Origin: Nemertoderma westbladi
Taxonomy: Eukaryota > Animalia > Xenacoelomorpha
NCBI GenBank assembly: GCA_032718475.1
Contig: JAUCBJ010002166.1
Location: forward strand, 1-37,746
Length of the DNA stretch: 37,746 nucleotides
Reading direction: 5' to 3'
Position numbers and translations under genes: made by a program. Under the pieces are notes generated by a model. That model had not been told where the DNA came from and did not search any database. It saw nothing but the letters and a program-made list of their open reading frames with translations. The stretch's first letter is position 1; each line of letters begins with the position of its first letter. Positions 11,302 to 23,386 of this stretch are shown piece after piece.

Positions 11302-12192
11302 TTAATATAACAAGGTATTGAGACTGGAAGTCACTGAGTCTATTGAGCTCTCGGCGTACATAGAGAGAGTTAGCAGCTTCCAGATCTCCAATTCCTCTTT
11401 CGTTTTCTCCAACAAAGTGGAAGAATTGTTGCTTTTACCGGCACTGGTTTTAGTTGCCGATGCGAAGCTGGTCTGCTGGTGTTCGAAACGTGTCTGTAAC
11501 GAGGAGAACGACGCGGAGTGTCTGCTGTCTGCTCCCACATGTGTCTGCTCCCCTAATGTACCGCCGTCCCCTGTCTGTTCGTATTCCCCTTGTGCACCAA
11601 CCTGTACTAAAGTTTGTAAATCAGGATGTTGATATTCCAATTGATTGACATCTTGTCCCCTATATTCCAACTCCCCAGGTTGTTGGTAATCGATTGGCAT
11701 AACAACATAAGAATCAGGAATTAGGTTTCCTCCAGCATAATAGGTCGTTTCTTCATCGATAATGGGGTTAAATCTTTGACCGCTGGTCTGAAAAGAGGCG
11801 CCATTCACGAAACTTAATGCATGGAATAATTCATCTTGATCAAAAATAAAATGGTTGGTTTTCTCGCGTATTACGTTGCAATCGTCGTTTAATTTTGTCT
11901 GCATCAACGTCTCGGCTAGGTCGTTCACCTCGTCTCTTTCTGTAGTTTTCACTTCTTGGTGCTGCTCATACGGACAGTAACCACAGCTGTAAGAACTACA
12001 GCTGTGGTAAGCGGGCTGCGGCTTGGGTCTGTAGTTCAGGAAACTAGCGTTTAACTCGCCCACAAAAGAACCATATTGTTCCTGGTTTGCCGAAGCCTCG
12101 TAATGGTAAGTAACATTCGAGACGTTGTCATTAAAAGAGTCACAATCAAGTCGCACTCGCTTCCGCTTGGATTCACTGCATCTAAAATCCAT
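11302..12192 (-). CDS. Hypothetical single-exon protein, 296 aa, unrecognised; N-terminal basic cluster KRKRVR
   Basis: 891-nt ATG-initiated open frame, richer in GC/CpG than its flanks like the other genes here; no domain recognised. Confidence 0.6.
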   Translation of the reverse strand: MDFRCSESKRKRVRLDCDSFNDNVSNVTYHYEASANQEQYGSFVGELNASFLNYRPKPQPAYHSCSSYSCGYCPYEQHQEVKTTERDEVNDLAETLMQTKLNDDCNVIREKTNHFIFDQDELFHALSFVNGASFQTSGQRFNPIIDEETTYYAGGNLIPDSYVVMPIDYQQPGELEYRGQDVNQLEYQHPDLQTLVQVGAQGEYEQTGDGGTLGEQTHVGADSRHSASFSSLQTRFEHQQTSFASATKTSAGKSNNSSTLLEKTKEELEIWKLLTLSMYAESSIDSVTSSLNTLLY

Positions 12193-12578
12193 GTATATAA
12201 ATGTAATAGTTTAGTATAATAGAGTGACGACGAGCTTGAAATGCAATAGTTGGGTTAGGAAACAGTTTATACAAATAATGTAGGCTTACGGTACATCGAA
12301 GTGGTACTGTAGGTGTAGGTTGATGTAGCAGACCTAAGATAATGTGGTACTGTAGCTATACTGCTATACTGAAAGTAACTGCAAGGCAGTTTGAGCATTT
12401 TTATGAAACTTAACACACAATCGGTAAACCGTCGTAAAATAATAATTCCTAAATTAGCCATGTAAATCTCATCATCAGTCTGCTACCATAGTACAAGATG
12501 CACATGTTGATCTGTTCTACCATAGTAGTAGTCTTCGTTTCTGCAGGGTGGCGTAATGTGTTGCCATTAGGCGATTAA

Positions 12579-13382
12579 GGGGGCCATTACCACAAATCTA
12601 TTTTTTTATTTATAAAGCTACTGTACTATTCTGAAACTTTAACAAAACTGAGTATGGATAGCTTAAAAGCTTCGTAAACCCGTTTGATCGAAAAATATGC
12701 CACTTTTGTCCAGGTCTTTTTCAAAAATTGTATACATTTTGGAGCATTTATTTATACATTATGTAGGCCTAACATATCTAATTTTTAAGGATCTGTTGTA
12801 ATACCATCTGAGTTGGGGTTCTCGGCCCAAGACTTTCGCAAACTGGACCTAGATAGATATGAAAATATGTAATATAGATAATATATAGATAATATTTCAG
12901 CACAAATTTATTGTTTTTAAAAATTTATGGGGGTTTTAGTATGTTCGGGCTATATTTTGGGAATCAAATATTTTGTGATAGACAAATTGTAGCAGTTACA
13001 AAATCGGTTCTAGAAGCCAAATTTCCGTGTTTTACAAAACCAATACTGGCGATTGTAGCCCTAAGGCTGCTGAACATTTTGTTATAAGTTTGATGAAAAT
13101 GTAGTAAAAAATAAAAAAGTAATAAGGAATTTAGTTATGAAAAAAGTCAAAATCGACAAACTGAGAAAAAGGTTGCTTTGTACAGAGAGTCATGAATATC
13201 AGTCATAAATACTGTTGTTGAAAAGTGCAGTTTTGTGGTCAAAAAAATAATGAAATGATGAAAACCGATGTCACCACATGAAAGCCTTTCTATCAAACTA
13301 CAAAAAGAAAACAGATAAAAAATTTTTTTGATAATTTTGCAAATTTTCGAAAATTTCAGTTCCATTGGGGGAAATGGTCCCC
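12579..13382. mobile_element. Non-autonomous DNA transposon with TTAA target duplication (Kolobok-like purine termini)
   Basis: TTAA|GGGGGCCATTACC ... GGAAATGGTCCCC|TTAA: 13-bp imperfect TIR, TTAA at 12575-12578 and 13383-13386, AT-rich non-coding interior. Confidence 0.75.
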
Positions 13383-14868
13383 TTAATGTGTTACCAGTAG
13401 GCCACCCATCAAAGGATTCACTGATGTATACGGGTCCTGAAGTAGGAGCCCAGCAGACGGCATCGGCATGCTATCAATAAAGCCTGACAGTCACAGAAGA
13501 ATTCGAGAGATTTCCATGCATTTTTTTAAAACAGACCATATGCCTTAACCCCTCCTGCGACTGTCTTCAGTGACCAATGTAGGTAGCAGGAACTCTTACC
13601 CTTCTGGGCTCTGTGGGGGGAATCTAATTTCCTTTCAGATTTGTAATTGTTTTATAATATTCACAATTCACAAACATTACACTTGCAATTTTATATCTCA
13701 AAACGAAACGCAAGGATAGTTACGCATAATCTTAATGAAGTGAATGTATGGGGCGCTGGAGCCCCACCACTACAACACGTTGAATTTACAAAAACAACAA
13801 TTGGCTCTACAACTAAACTCTAACGCTCTATTATTGGGTAACTCAAACAGTCAAGTCCCCCTGAGGCAACTCCCCTCCATCCCCGGCTGCTCCACTAACT
13901 AACCAGAACTTCAGTTCCCTAGCTGCCTAGTTCCTTATCGTGGTAAAGTAACTTTAGCTACCGGTATTTGTAGGTTCTGTGCTACTACCGGTAATGTACC
14001 GATGACACTGCACACTGTTCTGCTTTTCGAAAAATAGCATTTACTTCAAAATGAAAGTTTATTATTACCTAGGCCTACCGGTACCGGTATCGGTGCAGAC
14101 TTCTGCTCAGCCGTCTGCACATTAGTTTAATCATTGATAAGAAAATTAAGAAGAAACTAAATTGGTACCGTTATCGGTAACTATGTAGAAGTCAGTCGAT
14201 AGTTATTGAATTAAAGTTTGTTTGCACCAATAGTGAAATCTCAGGGAAATATCAGCAATACATAGTTATACCTTGTTGCTAGGCAATATCTATGTGTGGC
14301 TACTGAAGGAAATGTTAACACTGTAATTGTTATAGTCAGTTTTTTTACACCATGGTATTAGACGTCCAATCAGGTTCAGGTTAAATGTCGTCATAATTAA
14401 AAATATTAACAATAAAAGGTATCATCAATAAATTAACAAGACAACTATAATTAATGCTTGTGACATTACTTGTAGCGTTACATCTGTGCAGAAATAGTGA
14501 CATGCTGACCCGTAGGCCTACTGTACGCTGGTACGTACAGCTGTATTGGCTTGGCATTGCTGCATTGGCACTGGTATATAGATAGACCATTGGCCAGCCT
14601 GCCAGCCAGTGCTACCGCGACAGCGCTACGGTAGTGTGGCAGTCAGGCAGTGCCCGAATTCGAGTCTTTCATTCAATCTGCAATCGAAGGTTACCTACAT
14701 CGCTTCGATACCTGCTTCCGGTAGCTGCTACCACCGGCAATCAGGCACAGGCAGGCGTAGGCCATACAGCCATACCAGCATACAGCTGTACTACCATAGT
14801 CCATAGGTGATGTGATACTGTGATGGCTGATACTGTGATAGGCGTAGGCGTAGCCCTTTTCATAGGTC

Positions 14869-15139
14869 GGCACCATTGCATTATAATGACACCCCAGTAA
14901 TCCATTTTACATTCGATAATTCATCTCTTGTGGTTGACAGGTTGATAATAGACTTCTGACTTCTGGACTTGTGCCTGTCTGGCTGTAGGCAGGTAAGTAA
15001 AGGCAGAAAGGGTAGGTTACAGTGGCGAGTTGGGGGAACCAAAACAATAAACGAATGTTAAAACTTGTTACATGATTATGAAATGAACACCATACTGCCA
15101 TATAGAAGTGCTGGGGTGTCGTTATAATGCAGTAATGCC
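14869..15139. mobile_element. Small MITE-like element
   Basis: Inverted repeats TGCATTATAATGACACCCCAG (14877-14897) and CTGGGGTGTCGTTATAATGCA (15111-15131). Interior shares GAACCAAAACAATAAAC-like sequence with 27630-27670 and ~27805. Confidence 0.55.
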
Positions 15140-15529
15140 TGAATGCCTCATAGGTCTACCTCACTTTCAGCTGTTCAGTCTTTAACTCTTTTTCTGTTTT
15201 TATTATTACATATTAGGCTCTTTACTTTATACATTTAGGCCTATTAGCCTATAGACTGATAGAGGCGTTTCGTATCGGCTTTATTTACTGATTTATCTGC
15301 CTACCTCCTGCTGTCCTGCTCCTAATGTGTACTGTGACGTGACTGTCCTACCGTACAGCCGTACATCACGTAACGGTACAGTACCGGTACCTGATATCGG
15401 CAGATCGGTACCGCTACTGTGTTATTCTTATTCAGTTATCGTACAACCATTAGTCTGTTAGTAGGCATATCCACTACTGCACTATAATTCATAATTACAG
15501 CAGTTATTTACTCACCCTGTTATCCGAAT

Positions 15530-16945
15530 ATGGATACTGGTATTCCACCAGTTGTGGAGGAGGAAGCTGGATTAATTGAAGATGAACCAGTTTTGGAGCC
15601 TGAAACTAGGACCATGTTAGCCAAATTCGACCTGACGACGGCCATGGCACCGTTCCTGGACCGCCACCTAATTCTTCCTCTCCTCGAGTTTATTACCGGA
15701 CGAGGCGTTTACTGCACCTCCCAGTTGTTAAAGTCAACCCTCGAGCTGCTGCTACCTACGAAAATGATTGACTTCCGAATAGAGACATATCATAAACTCT
15801 ATCCGGAAGAAGAAGTTCCTAATGATCTCTTAGAAGAACGCGAACAGACCGTTGCCAGAGTCAAAGACGAAGTACTTATAGAACAGGAAGCTATAGCATC
15901 GATGTTCGCGGACGATAAAATAAAATCTATCCGCGATTCCCGGCAGTTATTCGAGTACCTAGAGAAGGAACACAACTTTGGGGCCGATCGCTTAGAGAAT
16001 CTCTACGAACTGGCTGAGTTCGCGTTTAACTGCGGGATGTATCTGCAGGCCTCGCAGCTCCTCCACTCCTACCGGACACTTTCACCGGCAAACAACAAGT
16101 CCATCTCTGTAATGTGGGGGAAGTTGGCCACTGAGATCCTAAATCAAAACTGGGATGTTGCCCTAGATGAGTTGAACAAGCTTAAAGACGCTATCGACAC
16201 CAACACCTTCCGTTCTTCGCTCCAGATGCTCCAGGAACGCACCTGGTTTATCCACTGGGCCCTGTTCGTCTACTTCAACCACGAGAAAGGCAAAGACCTC
16301 ATCCTCGACCAGTTCCTGTACGAGCCTCAATATCTCAACGCAGTGCAGACAATGTGTCCGCACATACTCCGTTACCTGGCCACCGCAGTAGTCACTAACA
16401 AACGGCGTCGCAACGTTATGAAAGACCTCGTCAAGATAATCCAACAGGAACTCTACGCCTACAGAGACCCTATCACCGAGTTTATTGAGTGTTTGTTTGT
16501 CCACTTTGACTTCGCCGGCGCTCAGAAGAAGCTAGTCGAGTGCGACAAAGTAGTCTCTAACGATTTCTTTATCGTCGCCTATCGCGATGAGTTTATGGAG
16601 AATGCGCGGCTTCTAATCTTCGAGACGTTTTGCCGGATCCACCAATGTATCGGAATCGATATGCTGGCGGAGAAACTAAACCTCGAACTGGATGCCGCGG
16701 AGAAGTGGATCGTTCAGTTGATTCGAGACTCGCATCTCGACGCCAAGATAGACTCACAGTTGGGTCACGTTGTCATGGGATCCCAGACACCCTCCCCCTA
16801 CCAGGAAGTCATCGAGAAGACTAAAGCGTTGTCCTTCCGCAGTCAGGTTCTAGTTAGTTCTATAGTGAAAGTTGTTGAGAAAAATACCGTGGCAACCACG
16901 GCGGGGTTGGAGCCAATCCCAGTGACGTCACCGTGGGCGCAGTGA
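15530..16945 (+). CDS. EIF3E: Eukaryotic translation initiation factor 3 subunit E (Int6), intronless
   Basis: FDLT..APFLDRHLILPLLEF, WGKLATEILNQNW, QERTWFIHWALFVYFNH, YLNAVQTMCPHILRYL, PCI domain LIFETFCRIHQCI..LDAKIDSQLGHVVMG. Confidence 0.97.
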   Translation: MDTGIPPVVEEEAGLIEDEPVLEPETRTMLAKFDLTTAMAPFLDRHLILPLLEFITGRGVYCTSQLLKSTLELLLPTKMIDFRIETYHKLYPEEEVPNDLLEEREQTVARVKDEVLIEQEAIASMFADDKIKSIRDSRQLFEYLEKEHNFGADRLENLYELAEFAFNCGMYLQASQLLHSYRTLSPANNKSISVMWGKLATEILNQNWDVALDELNKLKDAIDTNTFRSSLQMLQERTWFIHWALFVYFNHEKGKDLILDQFLYEPQYLNAVQTMCPHILRYLATAVVTNKRRRNVMKDLVKIIQQELYAYRDPITEFIECLFVHFDFAGAQKKLVECDKVVSNDFFIVAYRDEFMENARLLIFETFCRIHQCIGIDMLAEKLNLELDAAEKWIVQLIRDSHLDAKIDSQLGHVVMGSQTPSPYQEVIEKTKALSFRSQVLVSSIVKVVEKNTVATTAGLEPIPVTSPWAQ

Positions 16946-18298
16946 GCTGGGCGTTCCTATAGAGATACTGCAACTTACTGGACTGGTTAATGTTGGTGGT
17001 TTTATTCCACGTGTACTGTAATTGAATACGTTCAATGCAATGTTTGCTAAAATAGTAATTGCCTCTAAAAAATACAACTATAATATAGATTTTAATTTTT
17101 TCTACTACATTAAGCGACTAGAGTTACCAGAACTCTCTATGCCTGTACGTTTGGTAATCCGATAAAAGTATGTAATAGGCCCTCCAGATTCTATGTCGTC
17201 ACAGGAATATATCTTGTACATATCTCCTCCGCCGGGGTCAAACAAGTCCATTAAAAGTGAAAACTGACATCAGAAATGAAATGAGCGACCAGGAAAACCC
17301 CCATAGCAAAAATCTTAGCATGAGTTTGTGCTTTCTTGTTGCTAGACAGACATTCTCACATATTAGCAGACAGTTTTTGCGCGGGAAGGTTCAAACCACT
17401 TTAAATGCAATTATCTCGGAATGGAATTTTTTCATTCCTTCGAAATTAAAAATGCTACTTTTCTGCAAATTTTTAATATTTTTGGATGTGATTTGGACAC
17501 AGTAATCACAAACTTGGTGTATTCAAAAGTATTGGTCATAATTTTAAAATTTTGATCCTAACTCATTTTATTGGCTTTGAAATGTGAAAAATGCTAATTT
17601 TCTGAAAAAATATTAAAATAATTTATTAATTTGGTAATAAAATTGGAAATAATCAATATCGAAAAATTTTCACCAATACTTCTTATTCAACAGTATGAGT
17701 ATATCCTAATTATACGAAATAACTAGTTATAAAGAATAACTAATGTTTGTGCGAAGGGTAGTGTTTTTAGTAATAGTAATAATTTTATGTTACTAAATGG
17801 CACTAAATTAATATAACATTGACCTTGGCCAATGGCCATTGACCTAGGACTGCTAGGACATATATATATCAAATAATCCTCAGGGATTTTTAGAGTTACT
17901 CAAGCGGAATGTAGCGCAACAAAATTTGGAAAATTATTAGGAATTGGGGGAGAAATTTTGATTTAAAAAATGTGCCTCTTTTTCGGTGATTATTGCTGTA
18001 GCGGAGAAATTTATGTTTTTTTATCTTTTAGTGAAAGACAGTTTTTATCCCTCTACCCGATGATATGTAGGTTTAGTTCAGCCTCCTATATTTTTGATGC
18101 AATGTAACATTTTACAAATGATGACTTTAACAGCATTCTGGTGTGCAGATTTGACTTTACTTATGGGCAAAATCTGGTGTATGTCAATCGATCTGACACA
18201 AGTGGTAAAGTCACAATCGGTTAATATCACAATCCCTCTAAAGTCGTGGTTGTCTAACATCATATAAACACATATCGTAAGGCAGTTGACCTTGCCTT

Positions 18299-18652
18299 CA
18301 CCATGTCCTGGAATATAGTGTCGTGATTCGGTACATGACCCCTTCCCCCTAATTTTTCTACATACATCTTAACGATTTCTAATGCATTAAATTTGAAACA
18401 GAGATAGTTTCACCTAACTCCTTCTTCTTATTGGGCGAGACATAATTTTTATTTTCACTTTCATTTTTTAGCCACAATCGTTTAGAAAAGGTGTCTCCGA
18501 CGTCATTGCACCAGTTCCACCGCAGTTATTCTTCAACCATATATTGATTTGTTGGTACTGTTAGAAAGCGGGCAAAAGTGTTGAGATATGTTGCATGATT
18601 TTGCACCTGCCTATTTTATTCTTTTTAATAAATACATCATATTCTGGAACAT
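18299..18652 (+). mobile_element. Diverged single-arm copy of the 20045-20956 palindromic MITE
   Basis: Starts CACCATGTCCTGGAATATAGTGTCGT, is collinear with 20045-20460 and ends ATATTCTGGAACAT. A further short fragment lies at ~26709-26790. Confidence 0.75.
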
Positions 18653-18866
18653 ACCTTTCACCGTGGCAACGAGATTCTAAAGAAATTCAAATGTAAAATA
18701 TTTTAATAGACTTTTATTGCTTTTACTCTAACACTAAATCTTACAATGCACTAGTGCAGTTACATTCGTTTCAAATTTGCACCCGTTACATTGGCAGCAA
18801 AAGGTAGATCTTGTAGAATTTACATTGAACAAATTTCTATGAAGGTTTTGCCTCTCTTATTTAAAA

Positions 18867-19372
18867 TGTGTCTGTGGTGTAGAACTGATGTGTCTGTGGT
18901 GTAGAACTGATGTGTCTGTGGTGTAGAACTGATGTGTCTGTGGTGTAGAACTGATGTGTCTGTGGTGTAGAACTGATGTGTCTGTGGTGTAGAACTGATG
19001 TGTCTGTGGTGTAGAACTGATGTGTCTGTGGTGTAGAACTGATGTGTCTGTGGTGTAGAACTGATGTGTCTGTGGTGTAGAACTGATGTGTCTGTGGTGT
19101 AGAACTGATGTGTCTGTGGTGTAGAACTGATGTGTCTGTGGTGTAGAACTGATGTGTCTGTGGTGTAGAACTGATGTGTCTGTGGTGTAGAACTGATGTG
19201 TCTGTGCTGTAGAACTGATGTGTCTGTGCTGTAGAACTGATGTGTCTGTGGTGTAGAACTGATGTGTCTGTGCTGTAGAACTGATGTGTCTGTGGTGTAG
19301 AACTGATGTGTCTGTGGTGTAGAACTGATGTGTCTGTGGTGTAGAACTGATATGTCTGTGGTGTAGAACTGA
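18867..19372. repeat. 22-bp minisatellite TGTGTCTGTGGTGTAGAACTGA x23
   Basis: Seen directly, nearly homogeneous; explains the spurious ORF 18820-19416. Confidence 0.98.
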
Positions 19373-20044
19373 TATATATTCATTTTTTTATTTGTGTGTC
19401 TCATCCGGCAAAACACTTCGCATGAATATATTCACGAGATGGTGCAGAGAATTATAGTAAATATAATATAGATACTAATATAATGTAGATACTAATCAGT
19501 TGTACCCCATAGCGGCAGACTGGGTAACTGAAGACGGTTTAAGACCTCACAATAACTCACTCTCTGGTCTAGAATATAATATATGCCAGGTATCAACGAG
19601 GAGGAATTATAGGAATTATTATAAACAATAATACGAAATGGCTTAAAGTTTTCATTTCAGACATTTTGCCATCTAGCGACAGACTGGAGAACTGCAGACC
19701 GATCACCTTCCTACAAAGACGCAGCATGTGGTATAGTACATATACTAGGATCTTTATCTTACTTAATATAAATGTAATCCCCCTAAAACGTAAGAATATA
19801 TATCACATGTACGACAAAAATCAAAGGAGTAACTTTTAATCAATTTTCGAATATATTTTATTGTTAAAACCAACTCATGGAAAGCGTAGTCGTGGACCAC
19901 CGGCCATAACATATATAGATCAACTTGAAAGGGATACTTAACTGAGAGAAACGAAATTGCGACAAATATGGAGAATCGGGAAGCCTGGAAGGATCTCATT
20001 TCCACTGTCCGAGCTCGCTCGACCTAGCAGTAGTTAGTATATTA

Positions 20045-20956
20045 CACCATGTCCCAGAATATAGTGTCGTAATTCAGTGACACGCCCCCCCCCCCCCCCC
20101 CCCCTAATTGTTCTACAAATCTTAATGAGATTGCATGAAATTTGAAACAGAGATAGTTTCACCTCCCGACCACTGCCTGGGTGAGCCAGAATTTTTATTT
20201 TTGCTTTCAATCTTTAGCTACAAGCGTTTAAAAAAGTGTCTCCAGCGATATTACACCAGTTACACTGCAGTTGTTCTTCTACCTTATAGCTGTTTGTTGG
20301 TACCAATGGACAGCTGGCCATGCAAGGATTCCAAATATGTAACACAATTTGAATTTCGTTGAAAAATAGCTGAGCTATGAGCGTTGAAATGTTGCATGGT
20401 TTTGCAACGACGCGAGGCTATTTTATTCTATTAATAAATAAACCATATTCTGGAACATTTTTTAAATGTATGAATAGCTACGTAATAGTATGATTAAAGA
20501 TGTAATGCATTGTTGCACAGCTACATAGTTGGATAAACAAAATATTCCAGATTATGATGCATTTATTAAATAGAATAAAATAGCCTCGCACCTGTGCAAA
20601 ACCATGCAACATTTGAACGCCCATATCTCGGCTATTTTTCAACGAAATTCAAATTGTGTTACTTATTTGGAATCCTTGCATGGCCAGCTTTCCATTGATA
20701 CCAACAAACAGCTATATGGTAGAAGAATAACTGCGGTGTAACTGGTGTAATATCGCTGGAGACACTTTTTTTAAACGCTTGTAGCTAAAGATTGAAAGCA
20801 AAAATAAAAATTCTGGCTCACCCACTCAGTGGTTGGGAGGTGAAACTATCTATGTTTCAAATGTCATGCAATCTCATTACGATTTGTAGAAAAATTAGGG
20901 GGGGGGGGGGGGGGGGGGTGTCACTGAATTGCGACACTATATTCTGGGACATGGTG
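20045..20956. mobile_element. Foldback/MITE with ~415-bp inverted arms and TA target duplication
   Basis: TA|CACCATGTCCCAGAATATAGTGTCG ... CGACACTATATTCTGGGACATGGTG|TA. Arms 20045-~20460 and ~20537-20956, including matching poly-C/poly-G tracts. Confidence 0.9.
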
Positions 20957-21528
20957 TATTAATTAAATGGCCTGTCAGCCTATATGGTGTTATTGTTTCT
21001 TATGTCTTGTATAAATGAGACAATAAATACAAATGTAATCTCCGTAAGAATAATAAACATCACATGTACGGCAAAAATCAAAGAGATAAACTTAATTAAT
21101 TTCCCAGTAAACTATATATTAAATTGGCCTGTCAACCTATATGGTGTTATTTTATGTATCAGGTTAGCAAGTTATGGCGAATAAAATTACAGTAATCAGT
21201 TGTACCTAAACTAAACTGAGGTTGTTTTAATTGTATTTGTTTTATATTTGCAAGCAAACAAAATCAACAAAAAAAGCATTCTTAAATGTAATCTGTTTCT
21301 ATTTAAAAGTTTTCAGAGCTATGATATCATTTCGATAACTGAACCTCTCACGAATGGGCCTCCAACCTACCTATATACAGTATACTTATACAATCCGTGT
21401 GCTACTAACAACGAAGTATATACTAATATCTTACGTAATCTTACGATTATTTTGTATTTTAACTATATACCCACCCACCTGTACTGTACATGTACACGGT
21501 TAATAATTTTTAACTATTTACATACTTA

Positions 21529-22726
21529 AGTGTGTAAAGTAGCACTTTGCAGTGTGGTGATCCGAGTGCTTTGTTACCCGAACGAACGAACGTAGTGAGT
21601 GAGTTAAAATAAAGCCACGAGGATCAGAACACTGTAAAGTACTTTGCAACAAGTATGTATGTAGTTTTATTCGAAAATTGTAACATTACGAAATGATTGT
21701 ACATATACATTATAAGTGATAGAAACTGCACAAATTATATTAGTTGCCCTTATAAATAAATGTAAAAATGACATAAATTATGTTATAAAAAAGTTAGATT
21801 TATTGTGCCGTTTGGAGCTATGTTAATAGTTTATAGCTACTGATATTATTAGCTATACCCCCTACCGGTAGGTAATACAGTAGGCCTATCTGGCTGTTAG
21901 GCAATTAATATTAAATACCACCTATTGTTTACGTGGTAACCATGACAACGTAACTTTACAGCTTGCGGTCCGGACATTACATAACCAATACAATACTAAA
22001 TGTACAGGCCAATACAATACTGTAATGTTCTATAAAGTTGTAAATAACAACTCGCTGTTAATACTAACGGCGTTGAGTAATGTTATAATTTTGGAATAAT
22101 AGCTTTTTATTCCAAAATTGTAACATTACTCAACGTCGTTAGTATTAACAGCGAGTTGTTATTTAGCACTTTACAACTTTATAGGACATTACATCATTGT
22201 ATTATTGGCCTGTACATTTAGTATTATATTTGGTGTTATTGTTTACGTGGTAACCAAAGACGGCGTTAAGTAATGTCCACTAAAGGGACATTACTTACAA
22301 CGCCGTCATTGGTTACCACGTAAACAATAGGTGGAAATTTACCTGACAGCCAGATAGACCTACTGCATTACCTACCGGTAGGCGGGTAATAGCTATTAAT
22401 AACCAGTAGGGCCTAGCTATATTATTATAACATGGCTCCAAACGCTACCATAAATATAAGCTAACTTATTTATAACATAATTTATGTCATTTTTACATTT
22501 ATTTATACAGAAACTAATATAATTTGTGCAGTTTCTATCACTTATAATGTATATGTACAATCCTTTCGTAATGTTAACATTTTGGAATAAAACTACATAC
22601 ATACTTGTTGCAAAGTACTTTACAGTGTTCTGATCCTCGTGGCTTTATTTTCACTCACTCACTAACGTGCGTTCGTGTAATAAAGCCACTCAGATCATCA
22701 CACTGTAAAGTGCTACTTTACACACT
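21529..22726. mobile_element. ~1.2-kb near-spacerless palindromic element
   Basis: Ends AGTGTGTAAAGTAGCACTTT / AAAGTGCTACTTTACACACT. Arms pair almost to the centre (GGAATAATAGCTTTTTATTCC, ~22102). No clear TSD; superfamily not assigned. Confidence 0.85.
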
Positions 22727-23056
22727 AATTACTTAATATCTATATATTATTTGATCGTACTTTTTCCATTCCTGAATATTGTGCATTATAGTTTTTAATA
22801 GTCCCGTCCCACCCATAATTTTTATTTCGTTTCTGTTTTAATTATGTAATATTTTAATGGCAGTTTGATTGTGTCATGTGTTCGTCTTGTTTTATTGCCT
22901 TTAAAATGCACATTATAAATATATTATTATTAATTAAAATTAATAATATGCACCAAATAATTTGATAATATTATTGGGCACTATGATACAATTCTTCATA
23001 TTCCGTTAATTTAAATGTGAAGTGCCTCTATCCAATCAAGTTTCTGCCAAAAATTT

Positions 23057-23069
23057 GTCGCTAGGGAAC
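23057..23069. promoter_or_regulatory. Candidate RFX X-box in the CFAP53 promoter (forkhead-type GTAAACA also at 23233-23239)
   Basis: GTCGCTAGGGAAC ~320 bp upstream of a motile-cilia gene; RFX/FOXJ1 control of such genes is established. Confidence 0.5.
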
Positions 23070-23386
23070 CACATCAAACAATTCTAAGACAATCATCTCT
23101 GAATGCCGACATTACCGGTAATGTAAAATATACCACACCATGTTGTAATTTATCGTTAGGAACGCTGTGTTTGAAATTTATAATATTTATAATCATAGCC
23201 TAATGGTGTAGAAATACATATAGATTAAAACAGTAAACACCTCAATGACCAATATCTGAAATTCTTAAACGTTACACCTATTATAAGAACGTTGTCAATA
23301 AAAGGAATACATTTCAATAAAATTAATCTGGGCGAGATTTATTTTATTTACTTCAAACCAAATACGTTTATATTTTAATTTGAAAC

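Noticed and set aside
17140-18295. Possible additional DNA-transposon relic
   Set aside because: Composition looks MITE-like, but I could not find matching termini or a TSD.
18820-19416. 198-aa His/Thr-rich ORF
   Set aside because: Translation of the 22-bp minisatellite cycling through frames.
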